A DNA stretch of 64,000 bases from a bacterium (GTDB lineage: Bacteria; Joyebacterota; Joyebacteria; Joyebacterales; Joyebacteraceae), in assembly GCA_025774545.1 (NCBI GenBank), contig JALGVU010000004.1, positions 2,130 to 66,129 of the forward strand, written 5' to 3'. Under the pieces are notes generated by a model. It had not been told where the DNA came from. It saw nothing but the letters and a program-made list of their open reading frames with translations, and did no database searches. Shown here piece after piece: positions 20,201 through 28,560 of this stretch (its first letter is position 1; the number at the start of each line of letters is the position of its first letter). Both the position numbers and the translations under genes were made by a program.

Positions 20201-20905
20201 CTCCTCGAGATCGAGCGAGGCCCTGGCCGGTCCGAGGCCCGAGACGTCGGTGAGAACAGCCCTGGCGAACCGGCCGGATTCGTGTTTCGCCGCGAGTCCC
20301 GGCGCCGCGGGGCCGTCCTCGTATCGGAGCCTCAGCACGACGCGGCTGAAGAACCGCAGGCGTCCGGTGTCTGGCAGGAACTGGAGCGGGTAGACGGAGA
20401 CGCCGACCGTCTGGCTCGCGCCGACTCTGGTGATCGATGACACCTCGGCGACGGCCGCCGGATACGCGGCGTGCCCTCCGTAGATCGTCTGATTCGGACG
20501 CGCGAACCGCCAGGACGGAAGGTCGATCCCCGGAATCGGGAGAATCCGAGGGCGTTGGGCCGGCCACGGCGTGACCCGTTGGAGTCGCTCGCGGCTCTCG
20601 GCGCTCGTGATCTCGAGGGTGACGAACGAGGCGCCGGGCGGGAGAGCGATCGTCACGGCCCTGACCGGAAGCTGCGGGCTTCCTACCTCACGCGTCAGGT
20701 CGCATGCGGCGAGCGTCACGACGTCGTAGCCGTTCCGACGGGACGTCTGGATGTCCTGCTCTCGGAACGCGACCGCGTGCTCGATGACGCCTGCGGACGC
20801 CACGCCCGGAAGCGCGACCGCGATGAGCACCGCCGTCAGGAAGCCGTATCGTCTCAACTGACTCGTCACGTCGGACACCTCCTCGGCGCCGGAACGCCTG
20901 GGCAC
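17291..20905 (-). CDS. gingipain-like C25 family cysteine peptidase with multiple Ig/CARDB-like domains and a T9SS-type (FlgD-Ig/Por secretion tail-like) C-terminal sorting domain
   Basis: Signal peptide; C25 catalytic-region similarity (HFLHSGHAWY His region, VVYSIGCWPAAFD Cys region); C-terminal LHQNCPNPFSPSTSITF...GVYLYRL motif characteristic of T9SS C-terminal domains. Confidence 0.7.
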   Translation of the reverse strand: MPRRSGAEEVSDVTSQLRRYGFLTAVLIAVALPGVASAGVIEHAVAFREQDIQTSRRNGYDVVTLAACDLTREVGSPQLPVRAVTIALPPGASFVTLEITSAESRERLQRVTPWPAQRPRILPIPGIDLPSWRFARPNQTIYGGHAAYPAAVAEVSSITRVGASQTVGVSVYPLQFLPDTGRLRFFSRVVLRLRYEDGPAAPGLAAKHESGRFARAVLTDVSGLGPARASLDLEETLLDPDDIEYVIIADDAHAAAFAPLADWKSQKGVPATIVTVQWIDATYAGDDTQERIRAFIADAYETWGSVWILLGGDTDWVPARHAYAMTCEAGGHALDDDLAADLYYADLDGDWNLDGDDTYGETDDDVDLYPEVFVGRAPVTSVEEAEVFVGKVLDYERASASGVELDMLMAAEILWDDPFTDSGIALNRIDRDSVPPRFDPITKLYETLGNESVTSVVEAINAGKGHFLHSGHAWYTVMGCGEGYMNRSHADALTNAMGLPVVYSIGCWPAAFDLEESCIAEHFLRNPGGGAVAFIGNDRYGWASPGNPGFGYSERFMQEFYRFLFVEEVRHAGAVLAAAKAVLIPFSQSENVYRWHQYELNLLGDPEMPIWTREPALLSVEHPHSVVAGTFIFDATVRTSTGPVADALVCLRNGVDLYGRGHTGSDGTVTMAVETAVPETLELTVTAADCRPYETTVPVAMSGVYLRGEGLAIDDASGNGDGLAGPGETVDLSLTVRNFGTEEATGVDVTITTDDPWAQVLAGESAYPDIPGGETAVGEPAFSISIVEGCADGHVVDLDVDIVSAGGRGSWGGTIALTVAAAVLSTGGYDVDDAWGGNGNGVPEPGEILKLMVEVTNGGLADASAAEATLASLDPDVFVTGGSASLGRIPSGGLAQAVFEIQLAHGIPVPHFPELSFATETAEGETSSDTLVIAVGDVGRAYDFEDGAAGWNHGGESDLWTLTSHRAHSGATSWYCGSTDTWEYADDMNCHLDSPEFTAGPNMELSFWCWYEFPIYHEDGFFVELLSGSDPVDTLDFIGSGGALDMLGSIGNDWLEYRYLVPDMNGDALKVRFRFTSDGADVEEGVYIDDVAVGTAVAPSGTGVAGGEEEVGEMALLHQNCPNPFSPSTSITFSMRGEAEASLAIYNVQGRLIRTLVRGPVRAGEHSVTWEGTDELGVDVAAGVYLYRLTVGEHEETRKMILVR

Positions 20906-21076
20906 AACAAACTAAGCCGCTCGACAGCCTGCGACGGTCGAATCGCGCCGCCCAGGACTGCTGTCGTCGGCAGGGGGTTCTCTCCTGATTCAGCCTTCAA
21001 TCACAGCTTGGACTCTCACGGGGCACGTGTCAAGCGGGGAACGGTCCCGATTCGCTGCTTTAGTGGCTAGCAGGCG

Positions 21077-21772
21077 TTATACCGGCGAATCCTCCCCTTC
21101 TCTCTCCTGTTCGGAGCCCCTGAGGTCTCGCTCGAGCGGACAGGATTCGCAGCGGGGCGTGGGGCGGCAGTGCTCCTTCCCGAGTCGGACGAGGAGCGCG
21201 TGATACTCGCCGTAGAGCGGCGCGTCGGGCGGGAGCGCGCGTTCGAAGAGACGCTGGACGTCGTCGTACGAGGCGCCCGGCTGGGTGAGCCGGTGTCGCT
21301 CGACGAAGCGGCGAGTGTAGGCGTCGACCACGAAGCGCGGGTGTCGCTTGGCGTAGAGCAGGATCGCGTCCGCGGTCTCGGGTCCCACACCCGTGATCGT
21401 GAGGAGCCAGGCTCGCAGTCGCTCGCCGTCGATCGCGAGCAGCCCGTCGAGCCCGTCGTCAAATCGAGCGATCACTGCGAGGATGTTCAGAAGGGTGCGC
21501 GCCTTCTGGCGGTAGAAGCCGGACGGGCGCACGAGCTCTTCGAGTCTTCCGCGGCCGAGCGCCGCCATCCCCTCGGTGGTCAGAGCCCCGTGCGTCCTGA
21601 GCGCTGCGATCGCGCGCTCCGCGTTCCTCCAGGCGGTGTTCTGCGTGAGCACGGCGCCGACGATGGTCTCGAAGGAGGATTCGGACGGCCACCAGCCCTG
21701 GGGTCCGTACGCTTCGAGGAGCGCCGCGTAGGCCTCGAGGAGTCGAGGGCCGGGGGTCCGTTCCTTCCGCAT
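21077..21772 (-). CDS. endonuclease III-like HhH-GPD DNA glycosylase with [4Fe-4S] cluster loop
   Basis: HhH-GPD region (LLTITGVGPETADAILLYA) and C-terminal Cys cluster CRPTPRCESCPL. Confidence 0.75.
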   Translation of the reverse strand: MRKERTPGPRLLEAYAALLEAYGPQGWWPSESSFETIVGAVLTQNTAWRNAERAIAALRTHGALTTEGMAALGRGRLEELVRPSGFYRQKARTLLNILAVIARFDDGLDGLLAIDGERLRAWLLTITGVGPETADAILLYAKRHPRFVVDAYTRRFVERHRLTQPGASYDDVQRLFERALPPDAPLYGEYHALLVRLGKEHCRPTPRCESCPLERDLRGSEQEREGEDSPV

Positions 21773-21841
21773 GAACGCTCCCTCAAAGACCGACAGGGCT
21801 CACCGCGAGCCCTGTCTCTTCGTTCCTGGCGCTGGATTCAG

Positions 21842-21930
21842 TGGTGCCCGGAGCGAGACTCGAACTCGCACAGGCATACGCCCACCACCCCCTCAAGATG
21901 GCGTGTCTACCAGTTCCACCATCCGGGCAC
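21842..21930 (-). tRNA. tRNA-Leu (anticodon GAG), 89 nt including CCA
   Basis: Reverse complement folds as a cloverleaf: acceptor GTGCCCG/CGGGCAC, Leu-type D-arm GGTGGAACTGGTAGAC, anticodon stem CCATC/GGTGG with loop TTGAGGG (U33, GAG 34-36), long variable arm, T-arm GAGTTCGAGTCTC, terminal CCA. Confidence 0.85.
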
Positions 21931-21999
21931 GCCTCACTGCTGTCGCCTCGGGCCGGTTCCCAGCGCGATGCGGGCCGTCAGCGTCGGACGATACTACGT

Positions 22000-22503
22000 C
22001 TACTCGCCTTCAGGTTCAATCGGATTCGGCTCCGGCGCCGTCTCGCCCTCGGCCGGCGGCGATGTCCCCTCCGGAAGCCCGCCCTCGGAATCGGGCGGTC
22101 CCTCCGTGGGCGCCTCGGGCAGCCCCTCGGTGGGCGCCTCGGGCAGCCCCTCGGTGGGCGTCTCGGGCAGCCCCTGCGGGATCCCCTCCTCGGTGACCAC
22201 GTCACCGACGGCGCTCACCGGCGTCGCCTGACGATTCTCGAGTCCGCCGGCGACGGTCCCTCCGCCGATCCGGCCGCGCACCACGAGTGCCATGGTGAGC
22301 GAGGTCAGCATAAACCCGATCGCCAGATAGCGCGTGGCCTTGGTGAGGAACGTCGCGGCCGCCTGTCCTCCGAACACGGCGCCCACGCCACCGCTCCCGC
22401 CGAAGGCTCCGGCAAGCCCTCCGCCCTTCCCCGATTGAAGCAGGACCACCACGATCAACCCAAGCGAGATCAGGACGTGGACCCCCAGAATGGCTCCGTA
22501 CAT
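22000..22503 (-). CDS. secG: preprotein translocase subunit SecG with repetitive Pro/Glu-rich C-terminal extension
   Basis: LLQSGKGGGLAGAFGG SecG signature; C-terminal 3x GLPEAPTE repeat (24-nt tandem repeat at ~22090-22170). Confidence 0.8.
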   Translation of the reverse strand: MYGAILGVHVLISLGLIVVVLLQSGKGGGLAGAFGGSGGVGAVFGGQAAATFLTKATRYLAIGFMLTSLTMALVVRGRIGGGTVAGGLENRQATPVSAVGDVVTEEGIPQGLPETPTEGLPEAPTEGLPEAPTEGPPDSEGGLPEGTSPPAEGETAPEPNPIEPEGE

Positions 22504-22545
22504 GTCTTCCTCCGAACGCTCTCCGATCGGACCCGGCCGATCGAA

Positions 22546-23307
22546 TCAGGGAGCGGAGCGCACGATCTCCGTGAAGCTCTCCGCGTCGAGGCTGGCGCCG
22601 CCCACCAGGACCCCATCGATGTCGGTCTCTGCCATGAGGCTGGCGGCATTCTCCGCCTTCACGCTGCCGCCGTAGAGGATGCTGATCCCGTCGGCGGAAC
22701 GTCCCCCAAACATATCAACAAGACGGCCACGAATCAAGCGGTGAACCTCATTCGCCATCTCGGGCGTCGCGGTCCGTCCCGTCCCGATCGCCCAGACGGG
22801 CTCGTAGGCGAGCACCAGCCGGTGGGCGTGGTCCGGAGCGACCTCCGAAAGCCCGGTCTCGACCTGCCTCCGGACGACCTCCTCCGTTCTGCCCGCCTCC
22901 CTCTCCTCGAGCGACTCGCCCACGCAGACGATCGGCGTGAGGTCTCCCCCGAGCACGGCCTTGAGCTTGCGGTTCACCTCGGCGTCGGTTTCACCGAAGA
23001 TCGAGCGGCGCTCCGAGTGTCCGATGAGCACGAACTCGACCCCGGCCGCCTCGAGCATGGGGACCGACACCTCGCCGGTGAAGGCGCCCCCGGGCTCCCA
23101 GAAGACGTTCTGTGCGCCGATGCCGACGGCGCTCCCCTTTGCCGCGTCGACCGCCGTCTCGATGGCGACCGTGGGAGGACAGACGAGCACCGTGGCTCTC
23201 GTGTCGATCCCGGCGAGGCGGTTCCTGAATAGCTGGATCAGCCGCCGCGTCTCCGCAATCGTCTTGTTCAGTTTCCAGTTCCCGGCGACGATCGTCCTTC
23301 GAGTCAC
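22546..23307 (-). CDS. tpiA: triose-phosphate isomerase
   Basis: VAGNWKLNKT, IGHSERR, AYEPVWAIGTG motifs. Confidence 0.9.
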   Translation of the reverse strand: MTRRTIVAGNWKLNKTIAETRRLIQLFRNRLAGIDTRATVLVCPPTVAIETAVDAAKGSAVGIGAQNVFWEPGGAFTGEVSVPMLEAAGVEFVLIGHSERRSIFGETDAEVNRKLKAVLGGDLTPIVCVGESLEEREAGRTEEVVRRQVETGLSEVAPDHAHRLVLAYEPVWAIGTGRTATPEMANEVHRLIRGRLVDMFGGRSADGISILYGGSVKAENAASLMAETDIDGVLVGGASLDAESFTEIVRSAP

Positions 23308-23332
23308 TGTCTACACTCCGCTCTGGCTCCGG

Positions 23333-24538
23333 TCAGACAGCGTCCGTGAGCGCTTCGACGCCCGGGAGCGGCCTACCCTCGAGGAACATGAGGGACGCGC
23401 CGCCGCCGGTCGAGATGTGCGTCAGCCGGTCGGCGACTCCCGCCTTCGCGATCGCCGCCGCGGAATCCCCTCCCCCGATGATGCTCGTGGCACCCGCGTC
23501 CGTCGACTCGGCAACGGCCTCGGCGATCGCGTTCGTTCCCTCAGCGAAGGGCTCGATCTCGAAGACTCCGAGCGGCCCGTTCCACACGATCGTCTTGGCG
23601 TCACGGACGACGGCGGCGAACGCTTCGATGGTTCGGGGCCCGATGTCGACGCCCTTCCAGCCGGCCGGCACCCCGTCCTCGATCGACACGACCCTGGACG
23701 CGGCGCCCTCCTCGACGTCCTCCGCGGCAACGAGATCGACCGGGAGCGTGATCACCTTCCCCGCGTCGCGCGCCGCCTCGAGGATCGCGCGGGCCGTCTC
23801 GAGCCGGTCCTCCTCGAGGAGCGAGTCGCCCACGGCGAAGCCCTGGGCCTTCAGGAACGTGAAGGCCATGCCGCCGCCGACCAGGAACGTGTCGACCTTG
23901 GGCAAGAGATTCTCGATGACCCCAATCTTGTCTGACACCTTCGCGCCGCCCAGGATCGTGACGTAGGGCGGTTCCGGGGATTCCGTCGCCTGGGCAAGAT
24001 GGCGGAGCTCGTTCTCCATGAGGAAGCCCATCGCCCGTTCCTCGAAGTGGGCCGTCACACCGACGGTCGAGGCGTGTGCGCGATGCGCGGTGCCGAACGC
24101 GTCGTCGACGTAGACGTCGCCCATCCGGGCGAGCCGGAAGGCGAAGTCGGGCTCGTTCTTCGTCTCGCCGCGGTGGAACCTGAGGTTCTCGAGGAGCAGG
24201 ACGTCGCCGTTCCCCATCCGGGCCACCAGCCCCTCGGCCGTGTCGCCCACGCAGTCGGGGGCCATGGTCACGCCGAGTCCGAGGAGTTCGGCCAGGCGTG
24301 CCGCCACGGGCCGGAGCCTCATGGCGTCGACGAGCTCGCCCTTGGGCCTCCCGAGGTGCGACGCGAGGACCGCCTTGCCGCCCGCGTCCACGATGTGCCT
24401 CACGGTCGGGAGCGCGCTCCGGATCCTCGTGTCGTCCGTGATCTCTCCCCTGTCGTTCAGGGGGACGTTGAAGTCGACGCGGGTGAGCACGCGCCTGCCC
24501 TCAACGGCGAGGTCGTTCACGTGCAGCTTCTGCGTCAT
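23333..24538 (-). CDS. pgk: phosphoglycerate kinase
   Basis: Full-length PGK with conserved N-domain (RVDFNVP) and C-terminal GGGAS motif. Confidence 0.9.
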   Translation of the reverse strand: MTQKLHVNDLAVEGRRVLTRVDFNVPLNDRGEITDDTRIRSALPTVRHIVDAGGKAVLASHLGRPKGELVDAMRLRPVAARLAELLGLGVTMAPDCVGDTAEGLVARMGNGDVLLLENLRFHRGETKNEPDFAFRLARMGDVYVDDAFGTAHRAHASTVGVTAHFEERAMGFLMENELRHLAQATESPEPPYVTILGGAKVSDKIGVIENLLPKVDTFLVGGGMAFTFLKAQGFAVGDSLLEEDRLETARAILEAARDAGKVITLPVDLVAAEDVEEGAASRVVSIEDGVPAGWKGVDIGPRTIEAFAAVVRDAKTIVWNGPLGVFEIEPFAEGTNAIAEAVAESTDAGATSIIGGGDSAAAIAKAGVADRLTHISTGGGASLMFLEGRPLPGVEALTDAV

Positions 24539-24548
24539 ACGCCGTTCC

Positions 24549-25553
24549 TCACTTCCGGGCGACCAGCTTCATCATGTCGACCATGCGCGCGGCGTAGCCC
24601 GCCTCGTTGTCGTACCAGCCGAAGATCTTCACGAGGTCTCCGCCCTGGACCTTCGTCAGGAGGCTGTCGAAGATGCAGGAGTGCCGGTCGCCGATGATGT
24701 CGATTGAGACAATGGGTTCGTCGGTGAATCCGAGGTAGCCCTTGAGTGAACCCTCCTTCGACGCCTTCAGGAAGGCGGCGTTGATCTCCTCGGCGGTCGT
24801 CTTCTTCTCGAGCTGGACGGTGAAGTCGACGATCGAGCCGTCCGGCGTCGGGACGCGGATCGCCATCCCGTCGAGCTTGCCCTTGAGCTCAGGCATGACG
24901 ATGGTGATGGCCTTCGCGGCTCCCGTCGTCGTGGGGATCATCGAGACGGCGGCCGCGCGGGCCCGCCTCAGGTCCTTGTGGGGGAAGTCGAGGATCCTCT
25001 GGTCGCTCGTGTAGCCGTGGATCGTCGTCATGAGGCCCCGGACGATGCCAAAGTTGTCCAGAAGGACCTTGACCATCGGCGCCGCGCAGTTCGTCGTGCA
25101 CGAGGCCGTGGAGATGATGTCGTGCTTGTCCTGATCGTAGTCGCCGTCGTTGACGCCCATCACGATCGAGATGTCCGGCTCCTTCGCGGGCGCCGAGATC
25201 ATGACCTTCCCCGCGCCGGCGGTGAGGTGCTTCGAGGCCCCCGCGCGGTCCCTGAACTTGCCGGTCGACTCGATGACGACGTCGACACCGAGCTCCTTCC
25301 ACGGAAGGCCGGCGGGGTCCTTCTCGGAGTAGATCTTGAACCGGTCCCCGTTGACGACGATCTCGTCGCCCTCGACCGTGACGTCGCCGTCGAAGCGCCC
25401 GTGGACCGAGTCGTACTTGAACAGGTGCGCAAGCGTCGCCGCGTCCGTGAGATCGTTCACCGCGACGAGGTTGAAGTCGGGATTGTCCTTGGCGGTCCGG
25501 AGGACGAGCCTGCCGATGCGGCCGAATCCATTGATCGCGTAGTTGAGAGTCAA
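24549..25553 (-). CDS. gap: glyceraldehyde-3-phosphate dehydrogenase
   Basis: INGFGRIGR Rossmann motif and ASCTTNCAAP catalytic Cys motif. Confidence 0.9.
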   Translation of the reverse strand: MTLNYAINGFGRIGRLVLRTAKDNPDFNLVAVNDLTDAATLAHLFKYDSVHGRFDGDVTVEGDEIVVNGDRFKIYSEKDPAGLPWKELGVDVVIESTGKFRDRAGASKHLTAGAGKVMISAPAKEPDISIVMGVNDGDYDQDKHDIISTASCTTNCAAPMVKVLLDNFGIVRGLMTTIHGYTSDQRILDFPHKDLRRARAAAVSMIPTTTGAAKAITIVMPELKGKLDGMAIRVPTPDGSIVDFTVQLEKKTTAEEINAAFLKASKEGSLKGYLGFTDEPIVSIDIIGDRHSCIFDSLLTKVQGGDLVKIFGWYDNEAGYAARMVDMMKLVARK

Positions 25554-25563
25554 CGTGAACCTC

Positions 25564-26487
25564 CTAGATCTTCCCGGTCGACCCGAACAGCTCCATCTTC
25601 GATTTGACCACTTCCTTCATGCCTTCTCGCGCCGCGGCCAGGATCTTCCTTGGATCGAAAACCTCCGGCGTCTCCGCGAGAACCTGCCGGACGCGGGCGG
25701 TGAACGCAAGTCTGAGATCGGTGTCGATGTTGACCTTCGCGATGCCGTGCGCAACGGCCTCCCTGATGCTCTCGGGAGGCACGCCCCTGGCGCCTGGGAG
25801 CACCGCTCCGTAGCGCTGGGCCAGTCCGAGGACGTCGGGCGGCACGGCGGACGCCCCGTGCAGCACGAGAGGCACGGCGACGCGCTCGGCGATCTTCCTC
25901 AGTCTGTCGATCGCGAGCTTGGGCTCAGACTTGAACTTGTAGGCGCCGTGCGAGGTGCCGATGGCGACCGCGAGGGAGTCGCAGCCGGTTCGCTCCACGA
26001 ACTCGCGGGCCTCATCGGGGTCCGTGTAGGTGGCCTCAGACGCCGCGACCGCAATCTCGTCCTCGATGCCCATGAGCCTGCCGAGCTCCGCCTCGACCGA
26101 GACGCCGCGAGGCGCCGCCATCTCGACGACCTCCTTCGTGACACGCACGTTCTCCTCGAACGGCAGGTGAGATCCGTCGATCATGACGGAACTCCACCCG
26201 TGCTCGAGGCAGCTCCGGACCACGTCGAGATCGGTGCCGTGGTCGAGGTGGAGCGCGGCGGGCACGCCGGCGCGCTCCGCGAGATCCTCAACCATGAAGC
26301 GGATCTGCTCGTGGCCGGCGTAGGTGATCGCCGATTGCGACGTCGCCACCATCACGGGCGATCGCATCTCGGAGGCCGCCTCGAAGACGGCCTGCGTGAT
26401 CTCCAGGTTGCTCGTGTTGAACGCGCCCACGGCGTAGCCGTCGGCTCGGGCCGGCGCGAGGATGTCCTTGCCGGTGACGAGCGTCAC
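25564..26487 (-). CDS. fba: class II fructose-/tagatose-bisphosphate aldolase
   Basis: Class II FBA N-terminal GAFN motif, metal-binding His residues (LHLDHG), 307 aa. Confidence 0.8.
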   Translation of the reverse strand: MTLVTGKDILAPARADGYAVGAFNTSNLEITQAVFEAASEMRSPVMVATSQSAITYAGHEQIRFMVEDLAERAGVPAALHLDHGTDLDVVRSCLEHGWSSVMIDGSHLPFEENVRVTKEVVEMAAPRGVSVEAELGRLMGIEDEIAVAASEATYTDPDEAREFVERTGCDSLAVAIGTSHGAYKFKSEPKLAIDRLRKIAERVAVPLVLHGASAVPPDVLGLAQRYGAVLPGARGVPPESIREAVAHGIAKVNIDTDLRLAFTARVRQVLAETPEVFDPRKILAAAREGMKEVVKSKMELFGSTGKI

Positions 26488-26542
26488 GTCCTGTGTCCCC
26501 TCCGCGTTCGGGTTCCTGTGGTGATCCCGGTCGTTCGACGGC

Positions 26543-27592
26543 CTATCCGAAGAACGTCCGCGCGACCTCGTAGAGCTCCGAGTCGACCCGCTTGAGCGAT
26601 TCGGTCGCGTGCGACATCTCGATCGGGATGATCCTGTCGCCGGTGACGCTCGCCATCTTGCCGAAATCGCGTTCCTGGACGAGGTCGGCCGCCAGCACGC
26701 CGAAGCGAGTGCCGAGCACCCGATCGAAGGCCGTGGGCGTGCCGCCCCGCTGGATGTATCCGAGCACGCTCACGCGCGTCTCGTACCCGGTGTCGGCCTC
26801 GATGGCCCTCGCGAGCTCGTTTCCGATGCCGCCCAGCCTCACGTGACCGAACGCGTCGGTCCCGCCCTGCTTCACGACGAGCCCGTGGTTCTCGCCGTCC
26901 TCTCCCTTGACGGGGAACTCAGCGCCCTCGGCGACCACGACGATGCTGAAGTTCTTCCCGCGCCCGTGGCGCTTTCGGATGACGTCGCAGACCTCCTCGA
27001 GCGTGAACGGTATCTCGGGGATCAGGATCAGATCGGCGCCTCCGGCGATCCCCGCCTTGACGGCGATCCAGCCGGTGTGGCGTCCCATGACCTCGACCAC
27101 GACGACGCGGTTGTGCGATTCCGCGGTCGTGTGGAGGCGGTCGATGGCCTCGGTCGCGATGTGGACGGCAGTGTCGAAGCCGAACGTGAAGTCGGTGCCG
27201 CTGATGTCGTTGTCGATCGTCTTGGGCACTCCGACGATCGGCAGCCCTTCCTGGTAGAGCCGGTAGCCGACCCCGAGCGTGTCCTCACCGCCCACGGCGA
27301 TCAGCCCGGCGAGTTCGTCGCTCTCGAACTGCCGCTTGATCGCCTCCGGTCCGCCTTCGGTCTTGTACGGGTTCGTCCTCGACGTCCCCAGAATCGTGCC
27401 TCCGCGCGGGAGGATCCCGGACACCTCGTCCATTCCGAGCGGCAGCGTGTTCCCGTGCATCACACCCGCCCAGCCGTATCGGTACCCCAGGACCTGTCCC
27501 CCGTACTTGCCGATGGTGCGACGCACGATCGCGCGGATCACGGCGTTCAGTCCGGGGCAGTCGCCCCCACCGGTCAGAACTCCGACCTTCAT
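26543..27592 (-). CDS. pfkA: 6-phosphofructokinase (group III, actinobacterial-type; ATP- or PPi-dependent). The ORF extends to 27847 but the conserved start is MKVGVLTGGGDCPGLN
   Basis: GGDCPGLNAVIRA N-terminal motif, GGDGT-like and PFK core; ATG at 27592 chosen to match the conserved N-terminus. Confidence 0.8.
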   Translation of the reverse strand: MKVGVLTGGGDCPGLNAVIRAIVRRTIGKYGGQVLGYRYGWAGVMHGNTLPLGMDEVSGILPRGGTILGTSRTNPYKTEGGPEAIKRQFESDELAGLIAVGGEDTLGVGYRLYQEGLPIVGVPKTIDNDISGTDFTFGFDTAVHIATEAIDRLHTTAESHNRVVVVEVMGRHTGWIAVKAGIAGGADLILIPEIPFTLEEVCDVIRKRHGRGKNFSIVVVAEGAEFPVKGEDGENHGLVVKQGGTDAFGHVRLGGIGNELARAIEADTGYETRVSVLGYIQRGGTPTAFDRVLGTRFGVLAADLVQERDFGKMASVTGDRIIPIEMSHATESLKRVDSELYEVARTFFG

Positions 27593-27678
27593 GTCGTCCT
27601 CCGTGTTCGTGTCGCTGAGCGAGCGGGCTCGCGAGGCCTGCTCAGATCGAAGATGGTAGACTCGTCTCGCTCCGGATG

Positions 27679-28515
27679 TCAACCGCTTTTCCCCGAGCCC
27701 GTGTGCTCTTCGGGCACGCCGCGCCCCGCGGGCAGGCTCGGGCTCCGCGATCGTCTCCCGGCGCCCGAGCGGTGCGCTCCCTCCCCGCCGCTCGAACTCC
27801 CCGTCCGTTCCGGGACCCGGACTCGGCGGGCCGCGACGGCCAGGCACGCGACCGACGAGGCGTCGGCTTCGGCCAGCGCGTCCCGGGCGGCCCGCATCGT
27901 GGCGCCGGTCGTCACGACGTCGTCGAGGAGCAGAAGGCGCCGTCCCCGCGTGAGCGCGCGCACGCCCAGGAAGGCTCCCCGGACGTTGACCTCCCTCTCG
28001 CGCCGGCCGAGGCGAGCCTGACTCCTCGTCGATCGCGCGCGGACGAGAGCGCCCGGGATCACGGGAAGATCAAGGAGTCGCGCGAGGGATAGCGCGATGA
28101 GCTCGGCCTGGTTGAAGCCGCGCTCGCGCCGCCTCGTTCGGTGGAGCGGCACGGGCACGACGGCGTCGATCCCGGACGGGACGGCGACGCGCACGTGAGG
28201 AGCGACGAGGGCCGCGAGATCACCGGCGATCGAGGTGCGGCCGTCGTACTTGAGGGCGCGAATCAGCTCGCGGGCCGGCCCCTCGAAGTCCGCGACGTGC
28301 CACACGACGAGCGGCCCCGCTTCGACCTCGCAGAGCGCGGAGTCCGGGGCAACGAGGAAGGCTCGCGAGCGGGTCGCGATCGCCCGCAGGCAGAGGGCGC
28401 AGAGGTGCTTCTCCGGCGCGTCGAGTTGCCCGCCGCACGCGAGGCAGGAGTCCGGGAAGATGAACCCGAGAATCGCGGCGAGCGCGCGGGACGAGACTCG
28501 TTCGAACGTGGTCAC
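27679..28515 (-). CDS. comFC: ComF family phosphoribosyltransferase-domain protein (ComFC)
   Basis: N-terminal double Zn-ribbon (CLACG...CALC), C-terminal PRTase motif LLLLDDVVTTGATM. Confidence 0.7.
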   Translation of the reverse strand: MTTFERVSSRALAAILGFIFPDSCLACGGQLDAPEKHLCALCLRAIATRSRAFLVAPDSALCEVEAGPLVVWHVADFEGPARELIRALKYDGRTSIAGDLAALVAPHVRVAVPSGIDAVVPVPLHRTRRRERGFNQAELIALSLARLLDLPVIPGALVRARSTRSQARLGRREREVNVRGAFLGVRALTRGRRLLLLDDVVTTGATMRAARDALAEADASSVACLAVAARRVRVPERTGSSSGGEGAHRSGAGRRSRSPSLPAGRGVPEEHTGSGKSG

Positions 28516-28560
28516 GGTGGCGCGTCCCCGGGGCGGGGCGTTGCTCGGTTCTGTGGGGCG

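Noticed and set aside
130-20440. Many long ORFs in the track lie antisense to or out of frame with the genes called above. Examples: 130..915, 1121..2176, 1365..2732, 2642..4000, 4748..6466, 5152..6492, 5600..7933, 7930..9009, 11163..12590, 12605..14020, 14324..15532, 15917..16924, 17085..18476 and 19193..20440
   Set aside because: Typical high-GC artefacts. Products are Arg/Pro/Gly-rich low-complexity sequences without motifs, whereas the opposite-strand reading frames encode recognisable conserved proteins
21842-21930. Reading of the tRNA anticodon loop as containing UGA (tRNA-Sec or suppressor) given the long variable arm
   Set aside because: With the 5-bp anticodon stem CCATC/GGTGG the 7-nt loop is TTGAGGG. 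That places U33 before GAG, so the anticodon is GAG (Leu). The D-arm is Leu-type and the acceptor stem is 7 bp, not the 8 bp of tRNA-Sec
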